64,000 nucleotides of DNA from Eubacterium sp. (GTDB lineage: Bacteria; Bacillota; Clostridia; Oscillospirales; Acutalibacteraceae). Shown here piece after piece: positions 18,314 through 28,740 of this stretch; position 1 is the stretch's first letter, and each line of letters opens with the position of its first letter. Position numbers and translations under genes: made by a program. The DNA lies in NCBI GenBank assembly GCA_022511205.1, contig JAFLRY010000004.1:24202-88201 (forward strand), given 5' to 3'. The notes under the pieces are model-generated. The model was not told the DNA's origin and ran no database searches. It saw nothing but the letters and a program-made list of their open reading frames with translations.

Positions 18314-20335
18314 TCAATCAAGGAGCGTTCCGGTCTGCTGGGCGGGCGGCTCATCGGTGTTGTTTGAATAATAATAATCGATAAGAGCGGCGGTGATCGA
18401 AGAGGTAGAAGTACCTGAACCTGCCCATTCAATTGCGGAGGCGATCGCTATTTCGGGATTTTTATAGGGCGCAAAGGAGATAAGGAAACCGTTGTTGGCT
18501 TTCTTTCCGTTTCGCTGAACAGTTGAAGTACCTGTTTTGCAGGCAACGTCAACCTCAAGCGGGTTATATATGTGCCTGATATCCGTTTCCGTGGCAACTC
18601 TTCTCATACCGGTTTTAACGATGGAGTAGGTCTTATCGGAAATGGGAAGCTCTTCCGCCACCACGATATTTGTATCGTCAACCGAGCCGGTAGAGCTGTC
18701 AATGATCGCCTTAACAAGATGAAGCTCGTATCTCGTACCGCCGTTTGCAATAGTGGCGCAGTAGTTCGCGAGCTGAAGCGGAGTAAAAAGATTGTCCGAC
18801 TGACCGATGGCGCTTTGAACGGTATCACCCGGTCTCCATGTTTTATTATACTTTTCCGCGCTGGCAGGACCTGCCAAAACTCCCGCCGCCTCACTGATCT
18901 CAACACCTGTTTTTTCACCGAGGCCAAACATTGAGGCGTATTCATTCATCTTGGCAATGCCAAGCTTGATGGCGCAGTTGTAGAAGAACGTGTTGCAGGA
19001 ATCGCGTAATGCCCTTGTTACGGACAGTCTTGAGCCATTGCCATGCTTGAGCTGCAGGCATTCAAAGGGATGGTCGTAATATATAAATGTTTTCTGGCAG
19101 GCGAAGGTAGTGTCTTCGGTAATAGCACCCTCCTCCAGCGCCGCGCAGGCCATTGCGGGCTTAAAGGTTGAACCGGGCGCGTAAAGACCGAGAGCAAATC
19201 TGTTATACATCGGCTGCATCGGATCGTTCGCAAGCTTTGAATAATTATTATAGTAATCGTATATATCGTAGGTGGGGTAGGAAGCGGCGCAAAGCACCTC
19301 GCCGGTATGGACCTTTTGAAGAACTACCGCTCCCGCGCCTTGCGTGCGGTTAGCGTCTACGCAGACGTTTTTCAACTCCTCCTGAGCCACGCGCTGAAGA
19401 TCCTTATCGATAGTGAGGACAACGGTGTTTCCCTTAACGGGAGCTTTGGTTACCTCCTCGGTAACGTTGCCCTCGTTGTCTATGGTGATGGTAAGCTCGC
19501 CGGGAGTGCCTCTAAGCACGCTCTCCATAGCGGATTCAATGCCGCTTCCGCCGATCATATCGGAAATGCCGTAGCCGCTTTCCTTCAGCGTTTCGTATTC
19601 GTCGGCATTGATTTTTCTAACCGTGCCGAGGATGTGGGGAGCAAGGGTGGAATCGGTATATTCACGGAAGGAGACTGCCTTAACGTCCGCTCCGCGATAG
19701 CTGACCTGATCCTCCTTGATAGCCGCGACAGTTTCGTTGCTTACATCGTCCGCGATCGTGATGCGGTTTTCGATTGAAAACATTCTCAGTGTAAGCTCGT
19801 AACGTATCCCGCCGATCTTAAGCGCGTCTTTAACGCTGTAATCCTCAAGCCCGTAAAGCTCCACCATAACGTCAAAGCAGTTTTGCGCCGTGGCGTAGCT
19901 CTGAACGTTGAAAGCGCCCGGGCCTTTCATAACGGCAACGGCGTCCTCATCGTCTGTGAAAACCACCTTGTTATTTTTCAGGGCGAGCGGAAGATTGTTT
20001 ACATATTCCTCGTCGCTTTTTTCGAAAAGCTTGATAAGGTTGTATAAAATTTTGTTTCGCGCCGCGTTTTCGGATCTTGGCGGGAAATATGCCGCGTCAA
20101 GAATGATTGAATTCGCAAGACGGTTGGTTACCAGCGTGTTTCCGTTTCTGTCAACTATATCGCCGCGGGCAGCCTCTATCGGCACGGTGTAGGTGCTGAC
20201 AGCGTTGTTTCGTGAAATATAGTATTCGTGATTTACTATCTGAATGTCATAGAGAATATATCCGAAGCCCAATACGATCGCCGCCACTAAAATCAGCGCG
20301 ATCGCCGAGCGGATACTGCTGTGTCTGCCCTTCAC
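18314..20335 (-). CDS. mrdA: Penicillin-binding protein 2 (peptidoglycan D,D-transpeptidase)
   Basis: N-terminal TM anchor plus STFKP (SxxK), SCN (SxN) and KTGTS (KTG) motifs. Downstream of mreBCD. Confidence 0.88.
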   Translation of the reverse strand: MKGRHSSIRSAIALILVAAIVLGFGYILYDIQIVNHEYYISRNNAVSTYTVPIEAARGDIVDRNGNTLVTNRLANSIILDAAYFPPRSENAARNKILYNLIKLFEKSDEEYVNNLPLALKNNKVVFTDDEDAVAVMKGPGAFNVQSYATAQNCFDVMVELYGLEDYSVKDALKIGGIRYELTLRMFSIENRITIADDVSNETVAAIKEDQVSYRGADVKAVSFREYTDSTLAPHILGTVRKINADEYETLKESGYGISDMIGGSGIESAMESVLRGTPGELTITIDNEGNVTEEVTKAPVKGNTVVLTIDKDLQRVAQEELKNVCVDANRTQGAGAVVLQKVHTGEVLCAASYPTYDIYDYYNNYSKLANDPMQPMYNRFALGLYAPGSTFKPAMACAALEEGAITEDTTFACQKTFIYYDHPFECLQLKHGNGSRLSVTRALRDSCNTFFYNCAIKLGIAKMNEYASMFGLGEKTGVEISEAAGVLAGPASAEKYNKTWRPGDTVQSAIGQSDNLFTPLQLANYCATIANGGTRYELHLVKAIIDSSTGSVDDTNIVVAEELPISDKTYSIVKTGMRRVATETDIRHIYNPLEVDVACKTGTSTVQRNGKKANNGFLISFAPYKNPEIAIASAIEWAGSGTSTSSITAALIDYYYSNNTDEPPAQQTGTLLD

Positions 20336-20370
20336 GGTGATCTCCTTTCATCAAAAATAATACAGAGCCG

Positions 20371-20898
20371 TTAAAACGTTTTCGCAGGCGTGTTGAGCCT
20401 TTTTTTAACGGGATAAATGCACGCCCAAAGCAGCGGGAATAAAATCGCTGTGTAAAGCGCGCTTGGGAAGTAGAAGTTGATTATGCTGAGCTCCGCGCCT
20501 TTTACGTTCTTTATGATGATAAAGAACAGCCAGTAAAGAAAGGCGTACAGGAAAACGGTCAGCGTTGAAAAAACGAAGTTTGCAATAAACGTATTTCTTA
20601 AAATATAGGTGACGAGGGCGGCGCTGATGAAGCACATAACGCACATAAAAACCGCGTTGAAGCCCAGATGAACGGCAGAGGTCATATCCCAGAGCAGTCC
20701 GCCGAATAAGCCGAGAATCCCCGCAAGCACCTCATCCTCGCCCATTCCGAGGATTATGCACACGGGAAGCAGCAGAAAGCACCTTGCTCCGCCTATCTCA
20801 AGGGTGAGCCCCTGGGTATTCTGTATTAGGGCGATCACGGCGATTATCACCAGATAGACCGCCGTTTTTATTCCCTTTTGCTTAGAAGTCAGCTCCAA
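20371..20898 (-). CDS. mreD: Rod shape-determining protein MreD
   Basis: 175-aa polytopic membrane protein directly after mreC. Confidence 0.75.
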   Translation of the reverse strand: MELTSKQKGIKTAVYLVIIAVIALIQNTQGLTLEIGGARCFLLLPVCIILGMGEDEVLAGILGLFGGLLWDMTSAVHLGFNAVFMCVMCFISAALVTYILRNTFIANFVFSTLTVFLYAFLYWLFFIIIKNVKGAELSIINFYFPSALYTAILFPLLWACIYPVKKRLNTPAKTF

Positions 20899-20900
20899 TT

Positions 20901-21740
20901 TTATTCCCCGCTTTCGTTGTTGATAAGAACGAGGCAGTTGGAGATGTTATTAACGTCAATGCCGGGTGTGATAACGGCATAATTTGAGATAGAGGCCGGA
21001 TCAGCGGCCACCTCATCAACCGTGCCGATAACAAGCCCCTTTGGTATTTTTCCGCTTATGCCCGCCGTGGAAATTATTGAGCCATAGGAAACGGAAGCAT
21101 CAGCGGCAAGATTTGCCATTTTGCATTTCCCCTGCGCGGCAAGGGAAGCGTCTCCCGTAACGTAGGATATCTCGTTTGATACGATCTCATAGGCCGAAAC
21201 CGAAAAATCGGGATCAAGGATCGTTTTAACTACGCTGTGGCTCGGATACGCGCTGCTTATGATGCCGACTATGTAGTTGCCGTAAAGCACCGCGTCGCCC
21301 TCCTTGATGCCGTTGAGAGTACCCTTGTTGATCGTGTACGAGCCGAAAATATCAGCCACGTCCCTTGAAACGGCGTTTGCCTCAACGAATTCGAAGCCGG
21401 GATTATCCTCTTTAAGACCGAGAGCATCCTTATAAAGGGCGTTTTGCCTTTGAAGATTTTCAAAATCGCCAAGCTGAGCCTGAAGCTCGCCAACCTGTTT
21501 TTCAAGCGCGTCTATTTTTTCAAGATAGGCGGAATTTCCGCTCGCTTCGCCGAAAACATCGGTAATGGCGTTTGAAAGCTTCGTTGCCGCCCAGTTGGCA
21601 GGGGTGAATATGATTCCGACTATGCCGGACTGCGCCGTTTCACTTTTTCCCGCCAGCGCGCAGATAAGAGCGCCCGCAAGGATCAAAACGATGATCCCCG
21701 TTATTAACTTGAAACGTTTGCTTTGGAAAAGGGTTTTCAT
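20901..21740 (-). CDS. mreC: Rod shape-determining protein MreC
   Basis: N-terminal TM helix, a coiled-coil (LEKQVGELQAQLGDFENLQRQN) and beta-rich C-terminal domains. Synteny. Confidence 0.85.
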   Translation of the reverse strand: MKTLFQSKRFKLITGIIVLILAGALICALAGKSETAQSGIVGIIFTPANWAATKLSNAITDVFGEASGNSAYLEKIDALEKQVGELQAQLGDFENLQRQNALYKDALGLKEDNPGFEFVEANAVSRDVADIFGSYTINKGTLNGIKEGDAVLYGNYIVGIISSAYPSHSVVKTILDPDFSVSAYEIVSNEISYVTGDASLAAQGKCKMANLAADASVSYGSIISTAGISGKIPKGLVIGTVDEVAADPASISNYAVITPGIDVNNISNCLVLINNESGE

Positions 21741-22723
21741 CTTACTCTTGCCTTTCTGAGCTTTGCCGCCGCGCCGATCGCCACAGCCTCAAGCGGAATA
21801 TCCGTAGTATGAACGGTGATCTTCGTCTCTTTTTCAATAAGCTCCGGAAGTCCTCTTAAAAGAGAAGTACCGCCGGTGATATAAATTCCCTTGTCGATAA
21901 TATCAGCCGCAAGCTCAGGCAGAGTTACCTCAAGCGTTTCCCTGATGGCGTTTATAATTTCCGAAACGGGAACGGAGAGTACCTCTCTGATCTCTTTAGA
22001 GGTTATTTCAACTGCTTTTGGGAGACCGTCCGTTAAATTTCTGCCGCGAACGCCCATTGCGCCCTCGCCGTCATAGGGGGCGGCAGAGCCTATCTTAAGC
22101 TTGATCTCCTCCGCCGTGATAGCGCCTATCAGCAGATTGTGTGATTTTTTCATATAGTTTATAATTTCCTCATCAAGAGCGTTTCCGGCAGTTTTAATGC
22201 TTTTTCGCGCGGCTATTCCGCCGAGGGAGATAACCGCCACGTCACAAGTGCCTCCGCCGATATCAACGATCATTGAGCCCTTTGCCTCGTTTACAGGCAG
22301 ACCAACGCCCAGCGCCGCCGCCATAGGCTCTTCTATAAGCTCAACGTCCGACGCGCCCGCGGAGCGTGTTGCATCCTCAACCGCGCGCCTTTCAACCTCT
22401 GTAACTCCGCTGGGAACGGAGATAACAACTCTCGTTTTCGTGAAAAACGAACGCTTTGAGGAGCGGTAAATAAAATCGTGGAGCATATCGGCAGTCATAT
22501 CAAAATCCGCGATAACGCCGTCGTTAAGAGGCTTTATGGCAACTATTGAGCCGGGCGTTCTGCCGATCATCTGCTTTGCGTTGCTTCCTGTAGCAAGAAC
22601 TCTGCGGGATTTAACGTCCACCGCCACAACGGAGGGCTCGCTGAGGATGATTCTGCCCTTTCTGTCGCAAATAAGGGTGTTTTCGGTACCTAAATCAATG
22701 CCGATATCTCTTGTTAATATCAT
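21737..22723 (-). CDS. mreB: Rod shape-determining protein MreB
   Basis: Actin-like ATPase motifs DIGIDLGTENT and DIGGGTCDVAV. 328 aa. Confidence 0.93.
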   Translation of the reverse strand: MILTRDIGIDLGTENTLICDRKGRIILSEPSVVAVDVKSRRVLATGSNAKQMIGRTPGSIVAIKPLNDGVIADFDMTADMLHDFIYRSSKRSFFTKTRVVISVPSGVTEVERRAVEDATRSAGASDVELIEEPMAAALGVGLPVNEAKGSMIVDIGGGTCDVAVISLGGIAARKSIKTAGNALDEEIINYMKKSHNLLIGAITAEEIKLKIGSAAPYDGEGAMGVRGRNLTDGLPKAVEITSKEIREVLSVPVSEIINAIRETLEVTLPELAADIIDKGIYITGGTSLLRGLPELIEKETKITVHTTDIPLEAVAIGAAAKLRKARVR

Positions 22724-22842
22724 AAATCTCTCTCGCTTTCAACAATCGAATATTTTAGAAATCCATATGTATTTTCTATTATATATTAATTAAAAATTTA
22801 TCACAATACCAAAATATAAAATTAATAAAATATTTTAATTCT

Positions 22843-22874
22843 AAAAATAATTACCCTATCCGAAGGGATAGGGT
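22843..22874 (-). terminator. Intrinsic terminator after the deacetylase gene
   Basis: Stem accctatcc / ggatagggt with a GAAG loop, followed by a T-run on the minus strand. Confidence 0.7.
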
Positions 22875-22890
22875 AGAAGCTTTGCGCGGT

Positions 22891-23742
22891 TTAAAGATCG
22901 GTTGTAAACGTGTAGCCCTGCTCTCTGATGTTGTCTATAACGCTGCCGAGAATATCGGCGTTTGTACTGCTGACAGCGTGAAGAAGAATAATAGCGCCGT
23001 TGTGGGTGGATGAGGTTATATGATCGTATGCCGCTGCGGGGTCGGGCGGAGAGCTCGTGTCCCAATCGGCGTAGGCGAAGCTCCAGAAAAGAGTTTCATA
23101 GTCGAGGCTGTCCGCAAGGGCAAGAGTACGCTCGCTGAAAGCGCCTTCGGGAAATCGGAAATACTTCATTTCATACCCGAACTCATCAATAACGTAATCG
23201 TGTAAAAACATTATTTCCTCCGTGGCAGTGTCAACATCAATATTCGTGAAATTGTAATGCCTGTAGGAGTGGTTTCCCACGATATGCCCTTCGTCTATCA
23301 TACGTTCTACCAGCTCGGGATTGTCCTTAACGTAATCGTAGGTGCAAAAGAAGATCGCCTTTACGTTCTTTTCCTTAAGCGTATCAAGGATCTGGGCCGA
23401 ATATCCGTTTTCATAGCCTTCGTCAAAGGTCAGACAAACATGCTTATCGTCTGCCATAAGCCATTTTCCGCCGATTTCCTCGAACCGCTCTTGAAGCTTT
23501 GTTGGATCAACCGGTCTTGCGTGTTCAATGATATGGCCCGGTCCCCAGACGATCGGGGTGGTGTCATACTGAGAAAAATCAAGGGCTATCCCCGTGGGCT
23601 GAACGGTCGTATCCGCTAAGTTCGTAGTATTTGGTGAAGTGTTTTCCCCTTGTCTGTTTTCCTGCGCGATCCTGCCTGTATTGTTTGCGCAACCGCCGAG
23701 CAGAAGCAGGATCGGCATTATTGCTAAAATTATTTTTTTCAT
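22891..23742 (-). CDS. Polysaccharide deacetylase (CE4/NodB) lipoprotein
   Basis: Lipobox LLLGGC after MKKIILAIMPI. NodB motifs LTFDEG and HSYRH. I prefer the ATG at 23742. Confidence 0.8.
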   Translation of the reverse strand: MKKIILAIMPILLLLGGCANNTGRIAQENRQGENTSPNTTNLADTTVQPTGIALDFSQYDTTPIVWGPGHIIEHARPVDPTKLQERFEEIGGKWLMADDKHVCLTFDEGYENGYSAQILDTLKEKNVKAIFFCTYDYVKDNPELVERMIDEGHIVGNHSYRHYNFTNIDVDTATEEIMFLHDYVIDEFGYEMKYFRFPEGAFSERTLALADSLDYETLFWSFAYADWDTSSPPDPAAAYDHITSSTHNGAIILLHAVSSTNADILGSVIDNIREQGYTFTTDL

Positions 23743-23850
23743 AAAAAACTCCTTCCGCAATTATTTTTTGCGAAAGGAGAAATAATATAAATGGCAGATT
23801 TTATTTGACAAATTTTTTAGTTTTAAAAAGGTAATATTCTGTATTGAAAA

Positions 23851-24975
23851 TTATTGGGCGTTTTCTGCCTCGGCAACGCTTTTCTGCTTGAGATAGGCGT
23901 TTATGAAGCCGTCGATATCGCCATCCATAACGGCGTTGATATTGCCCATTTCAAAGCCCGTTCTGTGATCCTTAGCCATGGTATAGGGCATAAATACATA
24001 GGATCTGATCTGGCTTCCCCAGGCGATCTCCTTTTGATCTCCCTTTATATCCTCAATGCGCTCAAGATTTTCGCGTTCCTTGATTTCCACAAGCTTTGAT
24101 TTCAGCATTCTCATCGCCACCTCGCGGTTCTGGTGCTGAGAGCGCTCGATCTGACAGGCAACTACGATGCCCGTGGGAATATGTGTAAGGCGTACCGCCG
24201 ATGAGGTTTTGTTTACCTTTTGACCGCCTGCGCCGGAGGCTCTGTAAACGTCCATTTTAATATCCTCGTCACGGATCTCCACGTTCACGTCATCATCAAT
24301 CTCAGGCATAACCTCAAGGGAAGCGAAGGAGGTGTGCCTTCTGCCGGAGGAATCAAAGGGCGATACTCTTACAAGGCGGTGTATGCCCATTTCACCCTTG
24401 AGATAGCCGTAGGCGTTGTCGCCCTCAATAAGGATGGTGGCGCTTTTGAGCCCCGCAACGTCGCCGTCAAGGTAATCGAGGGTGGAAACCTTGTAGCCGT
24501 GGCGCTCGCCCCAGCGGTTATACATTCTGAAAAGCATTTCCGCCCAGTCCATAGCTTCCGTTCCGCCTGCGCCGGCGTGGAAGGTAAGCAGGGCGTTTTT
24601 ATTGTCAAACTCGCCGCTTAAAAGGGTGGAGAGGGTGAGGCTTTCGATCCTTTTTTCAATATCGTTAACGGAGGAAACGCAGTCCTCCAGCAGGCTTTCG
24701 TCGCCTTCCTCGTCCGCAAGCTCTATCATAACGAGGGCGTCGTCATAATCGCTCTTAAGGCTTTCATAGCTTGAAAGCTTAGCCTTCAGCGAGCCTGTTT
24801 TTTTCAGAATTTTCTGGCTGTTTTCCATATCGTCCCAAAAATCGGGGGCCGCCGCCTGCGCTTCAAGCTGAGCGATCTCGTCTTTTACAAGGTCTATGGC
24901 AAGCGCTTCTCTAAGATTGAGGATCGGTTTTTCCGATTCCAGCAGACGGAATCTCAGATTTTCAAATTCAAGCAT
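23851..24975 (-). CDS. prfB: Peptide chain release factor 2 (single uninterrupted ORF)
   Basis: SPF tripeptide (RVSPFDS) and GGQ motif (SGAGGQKVNKT). 374 aa with no in-frame stop near codon 25. Confidence 0.92.
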   Translation of the reverse strand: MLEFENLRFRLLESEKPILNLREALAIDLVKDEIAQLEAQAAAPDFWDDMENSQKILKKTGSLKAKLSSYESLKSDYDDALVMIELADEEGDESLLEDCVSSVNDIEKRIESLTLSTLLSGEFDNKNALLTFHAGAGGTEAMDWAEMLFRMYNRWGERHGYKVSTLDYLDGDVAGLKSATILIEGDNAYGYLKGEMGIHRLVRVSPFDSSGRRHTSFASLEVMPEIDDDVNVEIRDEDIKMDVYRASGAGGQKVNKTSSAVRLTHIPTGIVVACQIERSQHQNREVAMRMLKSKLVEIKERENLERIEDIKGDQKEIAWGSQIRSYVFMPYTMAKDHRTGFEMGNINAVMDGDIDGFINAYLKQKSVAEAENAQ

Positions 24976-25157
24976 CGTATTACTCCTTTATTGATACAAA
25001 CACTGGTTATTATAAACAACTTATGCGCTCTTTGCAAGTAAACTGATAAAAATATGTTTACATTATTTTAATCAGTATGTTGATTTTTTATGATAAGTTA
25101 AGTATAATCTATATTAATTGAGTAATTATAAATGTAAAATTTTTACAGGAGTTACAA

Positions 25158-26144
25158 ATGTTTTTATACGAAAATGAAATATGCCCGGTTTGTTCGAGGG
25201 AATTTGAACGGGGCGACGATATAGTTACCTGCCCTGAGTGCGGCACTCCGCACCACAGGGAATGCTATAAGGATTACGGCGGGTGCAAAAACCGCTCGCT
25301 TCACGGCACGGATTTCGTGTATAAAAGGGGCGAAGGCGTTTCTGCTCCGAAAGTGGAGAAAAGCTTCAAATACAGTCCGTTTCTCACCGAGTTACCCTTA
25401 GGTGAAGAAAAGAAAGACGAGTATTATAAGCCCGAAAATGCCGAAAGCATTGAAAATAGCGAGACCGGGGAAAAGCCGGAGGCACTTGAGCAAGCCGTTT
25501 CAGAAGCTGCTGAACCTCAGGAAAATCAAGATGAGATAGACGGCGTTAAAACCGAGGATGTCGTTTCGGTGGTAGCGGTAAACACCTTTAAATTTCTGCC
25601 GAAATTCAAAAGAAACAAGCTCTTTAACTGGAATTGGAGCGCTTTCTTTTTTGGCTCCTACTATTTGTTTTTCAGAAAAATGTACGTTCAGGGTGCCGTT
25701 TTCATGGCGCTTGATTACGTTATCAGCCTCGTGGTTTCCGCGGCGTTTATGTCAGCAGGCGTTGCCTACGCAAAGGTGTTTGTGAACGTGAAAACGCCAA
25801 ACGATTATTTGGAAGCATGGAATACATTTTCGGCTGATCCCGAATTTAAGAATTATATGATAGCTACGGCGATCATATTGGTAAGCACTATAGTGCTTCA
25901 TATTATTTGCGCAATGCTGGCGGATAGCCTTTACCGCAAAAAGGTTTTCAATATTATCCGTATTGTTGATGAAAAGATCAAAATGGGCGAAAGCTTTTCG
26001 CTTATAGGGCCAATGATGTCGATGGAAACGAATATGAGCCAAAAGGATATGAGAAAAATATTCCTTTCAAGGCAGGGCGGAGTAAACCCATGGGCGCCGC
26101 TTTTCGCGATGATCATAACGAATTTTTTATTAAGAATGCTTTAA
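25158..26144 (+). CDS. Zinc-ribbon/RING-like N-terminal domain fused to a DUF2628-like multi-pass membrane domain
   Basis: CPVC...CPEC..HHREC...C cysteine cluster, an acidic linker, then hydrophobic helices (WSAFFFGSYYLFFRKMY...). Confidence 0.5.
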   Translation: MFLYENEICPVCSREFERGDDIVTCPECGTPHHRECYKDYGGCKNRSLHGTDFVYKRGEGVSAPKVEKSFKYSPFLTELPLGEEKKDEYYKPENAESIENSETGEKPEALEQAVSEAAEPQENQDEIDGVKTEDVVSVVAVNTFKFLPKFKRNKLFNWNWSAFFFGSYYLFFRKMYVQGAVFMALDYVISLVVSAAFMSAGVAYAKVFVNVKTPNDYLEAWNTFSADPEFKNYMIATAIILVSTIVLHIICAMLADSLYRKKVFNIIRIVDEKIKMGESFSLIGPMMSMETNMSQKDMRKIFLSRQGGVNPWAPLFAMIITNFLLRML

Positions 26145-26189
26145 TTTTCATATCAGAAATTCAAAAAAATAATTTAGGAGGATATAATT

Positions 26190-27065
26190 ATGAAAGTAAG
26201 AAAGGCAATAATCCCCGCAGCGGGTATGGGCACAAGAGTGCTTCCCGCGTCAAAGGCAGTTCCGAAGGAAATGCTCAACATAGTTGACAAGCCCGCGATC
26301 CAGTACATCGTTGAGGAGGCTTTTGCTTCGGGTATTGAGGAGGTTCTCATTATCACCAACAGAAACAAGGGCGCTATCGAGGATCATTTTGACCACGCCT
26401 TTGAGCTGGAGGCAAAGCTTGCGGGCAACGAGAGCAAAAAGGCTATTTATGAGGACGTTTTGGCATGCGCCAACTTCGGCAACATCTATTTCTTAAGGCA
26501 GAAGGTTACGGGAGGTCTCGGCCACGCGGTGCTCTGCGCCAAGAATTTCGTTGGAAATGAACCCTTCGCAGTGCTTTACGGCGATGACGTTATCCTTTCG
26601 GACGTTCCTGTAACGAAGCAGCTTTGCGACGCGTATGAAAAATACGGCAAGGGCGTTGTCGGCGTTAAGGAAGTTCCCGGCATGGCAATTACGAAATACT
26701 GCTCACTTAAGACGGAGCATATTGAGGATAACTGCTATAACTGTACCGATATGATCGAAAAGCCGAAGCCTGAGGAAATCATGGGCAACTACTCCATTCT
26801 CGGCAGAGTTGTGCTTCCTCCGGAAATTTTCGATATTCTTGAGGAAACTCCCCTCGGCGCGGGCAATGAGCTTCAGCTTACGGACGCTATGAAAACGCTC
26901 GCTCAGACTTCCGGCGTTGTTGCTGTTGATTACGTTGGCAAGCGCTACGATATGGGCAACAAGTTCGGCATTCTTGAAGCGAACATTGAGGTTGGACTCA
27001 AGCACCCCGAAACCAAAGAAGAGCTTAAAGAATTCATAAAGAAAATCGCGAAGGACCTTGACTAA
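26190..27065 (+). CDS. galU: UTP--glucose-1-phosphate uridylyltransferase
   Basis: KAIIPAAGMGTRVLPASKAVPKEMLNIVDKP signature. 291 aa. Confidence 0.92.
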   Translation: MKVRKAIIPAAGMGTRVLPASKAVPKEMLNIVDKPAIQYIVEEAFASGIEEVLIITNRNKGAIEDHFDHAFELEAKLAGNESKKAIYEDVLACANFGNIYFLRQKVTGGLGHAVLCAKNFVGNEPFAVLYGDDVILSDVPVTKQLCDAYEKYGKGVVGVKEVPGMAITKYCSLKTEHIEDNCYNCTDMIEKPKPEEIMGNYSILGRVVLPPEIFDILEETPLGAGNELQLTDAMKTLAQTSGVVAVDYVGKRYDMGNKFGILEANIEVGLKHPETKEELKEFIKKIAKDLD

Positions 27066-27132
27066 AAGCGTTTTAGAAACCGAAATTTAAATTTCGATCG
27101 GCATATTTTACCAATGAAACAGAGGGAAAATA

Positions 27133-28185
27133 TTGGATAATTATTACTATCAGCCGCCGAACTGGAATCAGCCTCCCGGATATGATCCGCAGGGTAGCGA
27201 AAACACTTCGGCAATGCGCAATATGTATTACATCGAAAAAGCAAGGCTTGAGAGAAAGCAGATCAGGAAAGCGGGCAACGCCATCGGTCTGGCCATGACG
27301 GCTTACGTTTTGGTGCAGCTGGCGGCTTCGCTCGTATTGAGTATAGACGGATTATATGAAAAATATCTGTCCTCTCCCATTTTTCAGGCAAGCTTCAACA
27401 CCATAGCGGTGGAACTCTGCGCCCTTGTTATTCCGTTTGGGATCATGGCGCTCATAAATAAAAAGAATTACGAATCAGATCTTATCCCCGCGGAGAAGCT
27501 GCCCTTCGGCAGGGCTTGCCTTTGGGTGGGCTTCGGTATGCTTTGCTGTATAGGCGCTGATTACGTCGTAGGCATCCTTGTAACCATCTTCGATTCCTTC
27601 GGCTATACGCTTACTCAGCCTGAAACCGCAGACCCAAACACGCTTTTTGCCTGCATAATGAGCGTTGTAAGCACGGCGATCGTGCCGGCGCTCTGCGAGG
27701 AGTTCTCACTGCGTTGCTGCTCGCTGGGGCTTGTGAAAAAATACGGCAAGGGCTTCGGTGTTTTCTGTGTTTCGCTCGTTTTCGGACTTCTTCACGGAAA
27801 CGTTATTCAGCTTGTTTTCGCCACTCTCGTAGGTCTGATCTTAGGCTTTGTTACGGTGAAAACCAACAGCATTGTCCCGGCCGTTTTGATCCATGCTTTC
27901 AATAACGGTATGGCCGTAGCAGGCGACGTTTTCGTCTATGCCTTCGGCGAGTCGGCGAATGAATATTCAACGTACGCTATGTTTGCCTTTTGGTTCATAG
28001 TAGGCGTGCTGTGCGCCGCCATATTGGCATTAAAGGGTCAGTTTAAAAAAGATATTAAAAGTATCAATTACGAGCCCTATCAAAACTCTGCCTTGAAAAA
28101 GGCAGCAACGTTCTTCTTCGTTCCGGGAATGATAATTCCGTTCCTTTTCCTCGTTTTTGAAACGTTGATGAGCGTGGAATCGTGA
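27133..28185 (+). CDS. CPBP family intramembrane glutamic endopeptidase
   Basis: EEFSLR, FGLLH and HAFNN motifs within a polytopic membrane protein. TTG start after GAGGGA. Confidence 0.75.
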   Translation: MDNYYYQPPNWNQPPGYDPQGSENTSAMRNMYYIEKARLERKQIRKAGNAIGLAMTAYVLVQLAASLVLSIDGLYEKYLSSPIFQASFNTIAVELCALVIPFGIMALINKKNYESDLIPAEKLPFGRACLWVGFGMLCCIGADYVVGILVTIFDSFGYTLTQPETADPNTLFACIMSVVSTAIVPALCEEFSLRCCSLGLVKKYGKGFGVFCVSLVFGLLHGNVIQLVFATLVGLILGFVTVKTNSIVPAVLIHAFNNGMAVAGDVFVYAFGESANEYSTYAMFAFWFIVGVLCAAILALKGQFKKDIKSINYEPYQNSALKKAATFFFVPGMIIPFLFLVFETLMSVES

Positions 28186-28631
28186 TGAACGAGTTTATGC
28201 AAAGGGCAATCGAGCTTGCCGAAATGAGCGCCGCAGAGGGCGAAGTGCCTGTTGGCGCGGTTGTTGTTAAGGAGAATACGATCGTAGGCGAGGGAAGAAA
28301 CAGGCGCGAGCTTGGAAAAAATGCCCTGTATCACGCTGAGCTTCAGGCCATAGACAGCGCCTGCAAAAAGCTTGGCGGCTGGCGACTCTGGCAATGCGAG
28401 ATGTTCGTTACCCTTGAGCCCTGCCCCATGTGCGCGGGAGCGATAGTGAATTCAAGGCTGAAAAAAGTAACCTTCGGCGCTTACGATAAAAAGGCGGGTT
28501 CCTTCGGCTCTGTTGTGAATTTCAACGATCTGCCCTATAACCATAAGCCGGAGATAGTGGGCGGTGAAAATGAAGCCGAATGCGCGGCTTTGCTAACGGA
28601 TTTCTTTAAAAGGCTCAGAGATACGAAATAA
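28182..28631 (+). CDS. tadA: tRNA adenosine(34) deaminase
   Basis: HAEL...PCPMCAGA zinc-binding CDA motifs. 149 aa. Start overlaps the previous stop. Confidence 0.9.
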   Translation: MMNEFMQRAIELAEMSAAEGEVPVGAVVVKENTIVGEGRNRRELGKNALYHAELQAIDSACKKLGGWRLWQCEMFVTLEPCPMCAGAIVNSRLKKVTFGAYDKKAGSFGSVVNFNDLPYNHKPEIVGGENEAECAALLTDFFKRLRDTK

Positions 28632-28636
28632 AATAT

Positions 28637-28667
28637 TGCGGCGGAAATTTCACCGCCGCATTTTTTT
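28637..28667 (+). terminator. Intrinsic terminator after tadA
   Basis: Stem tgcggcgg / ccgccgca followed by TTTTTTT. Confidence 0.8.
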
Positions 28668-28740
28668 GTTATTAATTACTATCTTTTTTTCGTCATTTGT
28701 GTTATTCTTAAATAAGAGTTTTCAATAAAGGGGTAATATT

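Noticed and set aside
24880-24975. Looked for the programmed +1 frameshift (an in-frame TGA near codon 25) that regulates prfB in many bacteria.
   Set aside because: The RF2 reading frame is continuous from the ATG at 24975 through the region equivalent to the frameshift site (..LNLREALAIDLVK..). This prfB is a simple ORF. That is a known variation, not a novelty.
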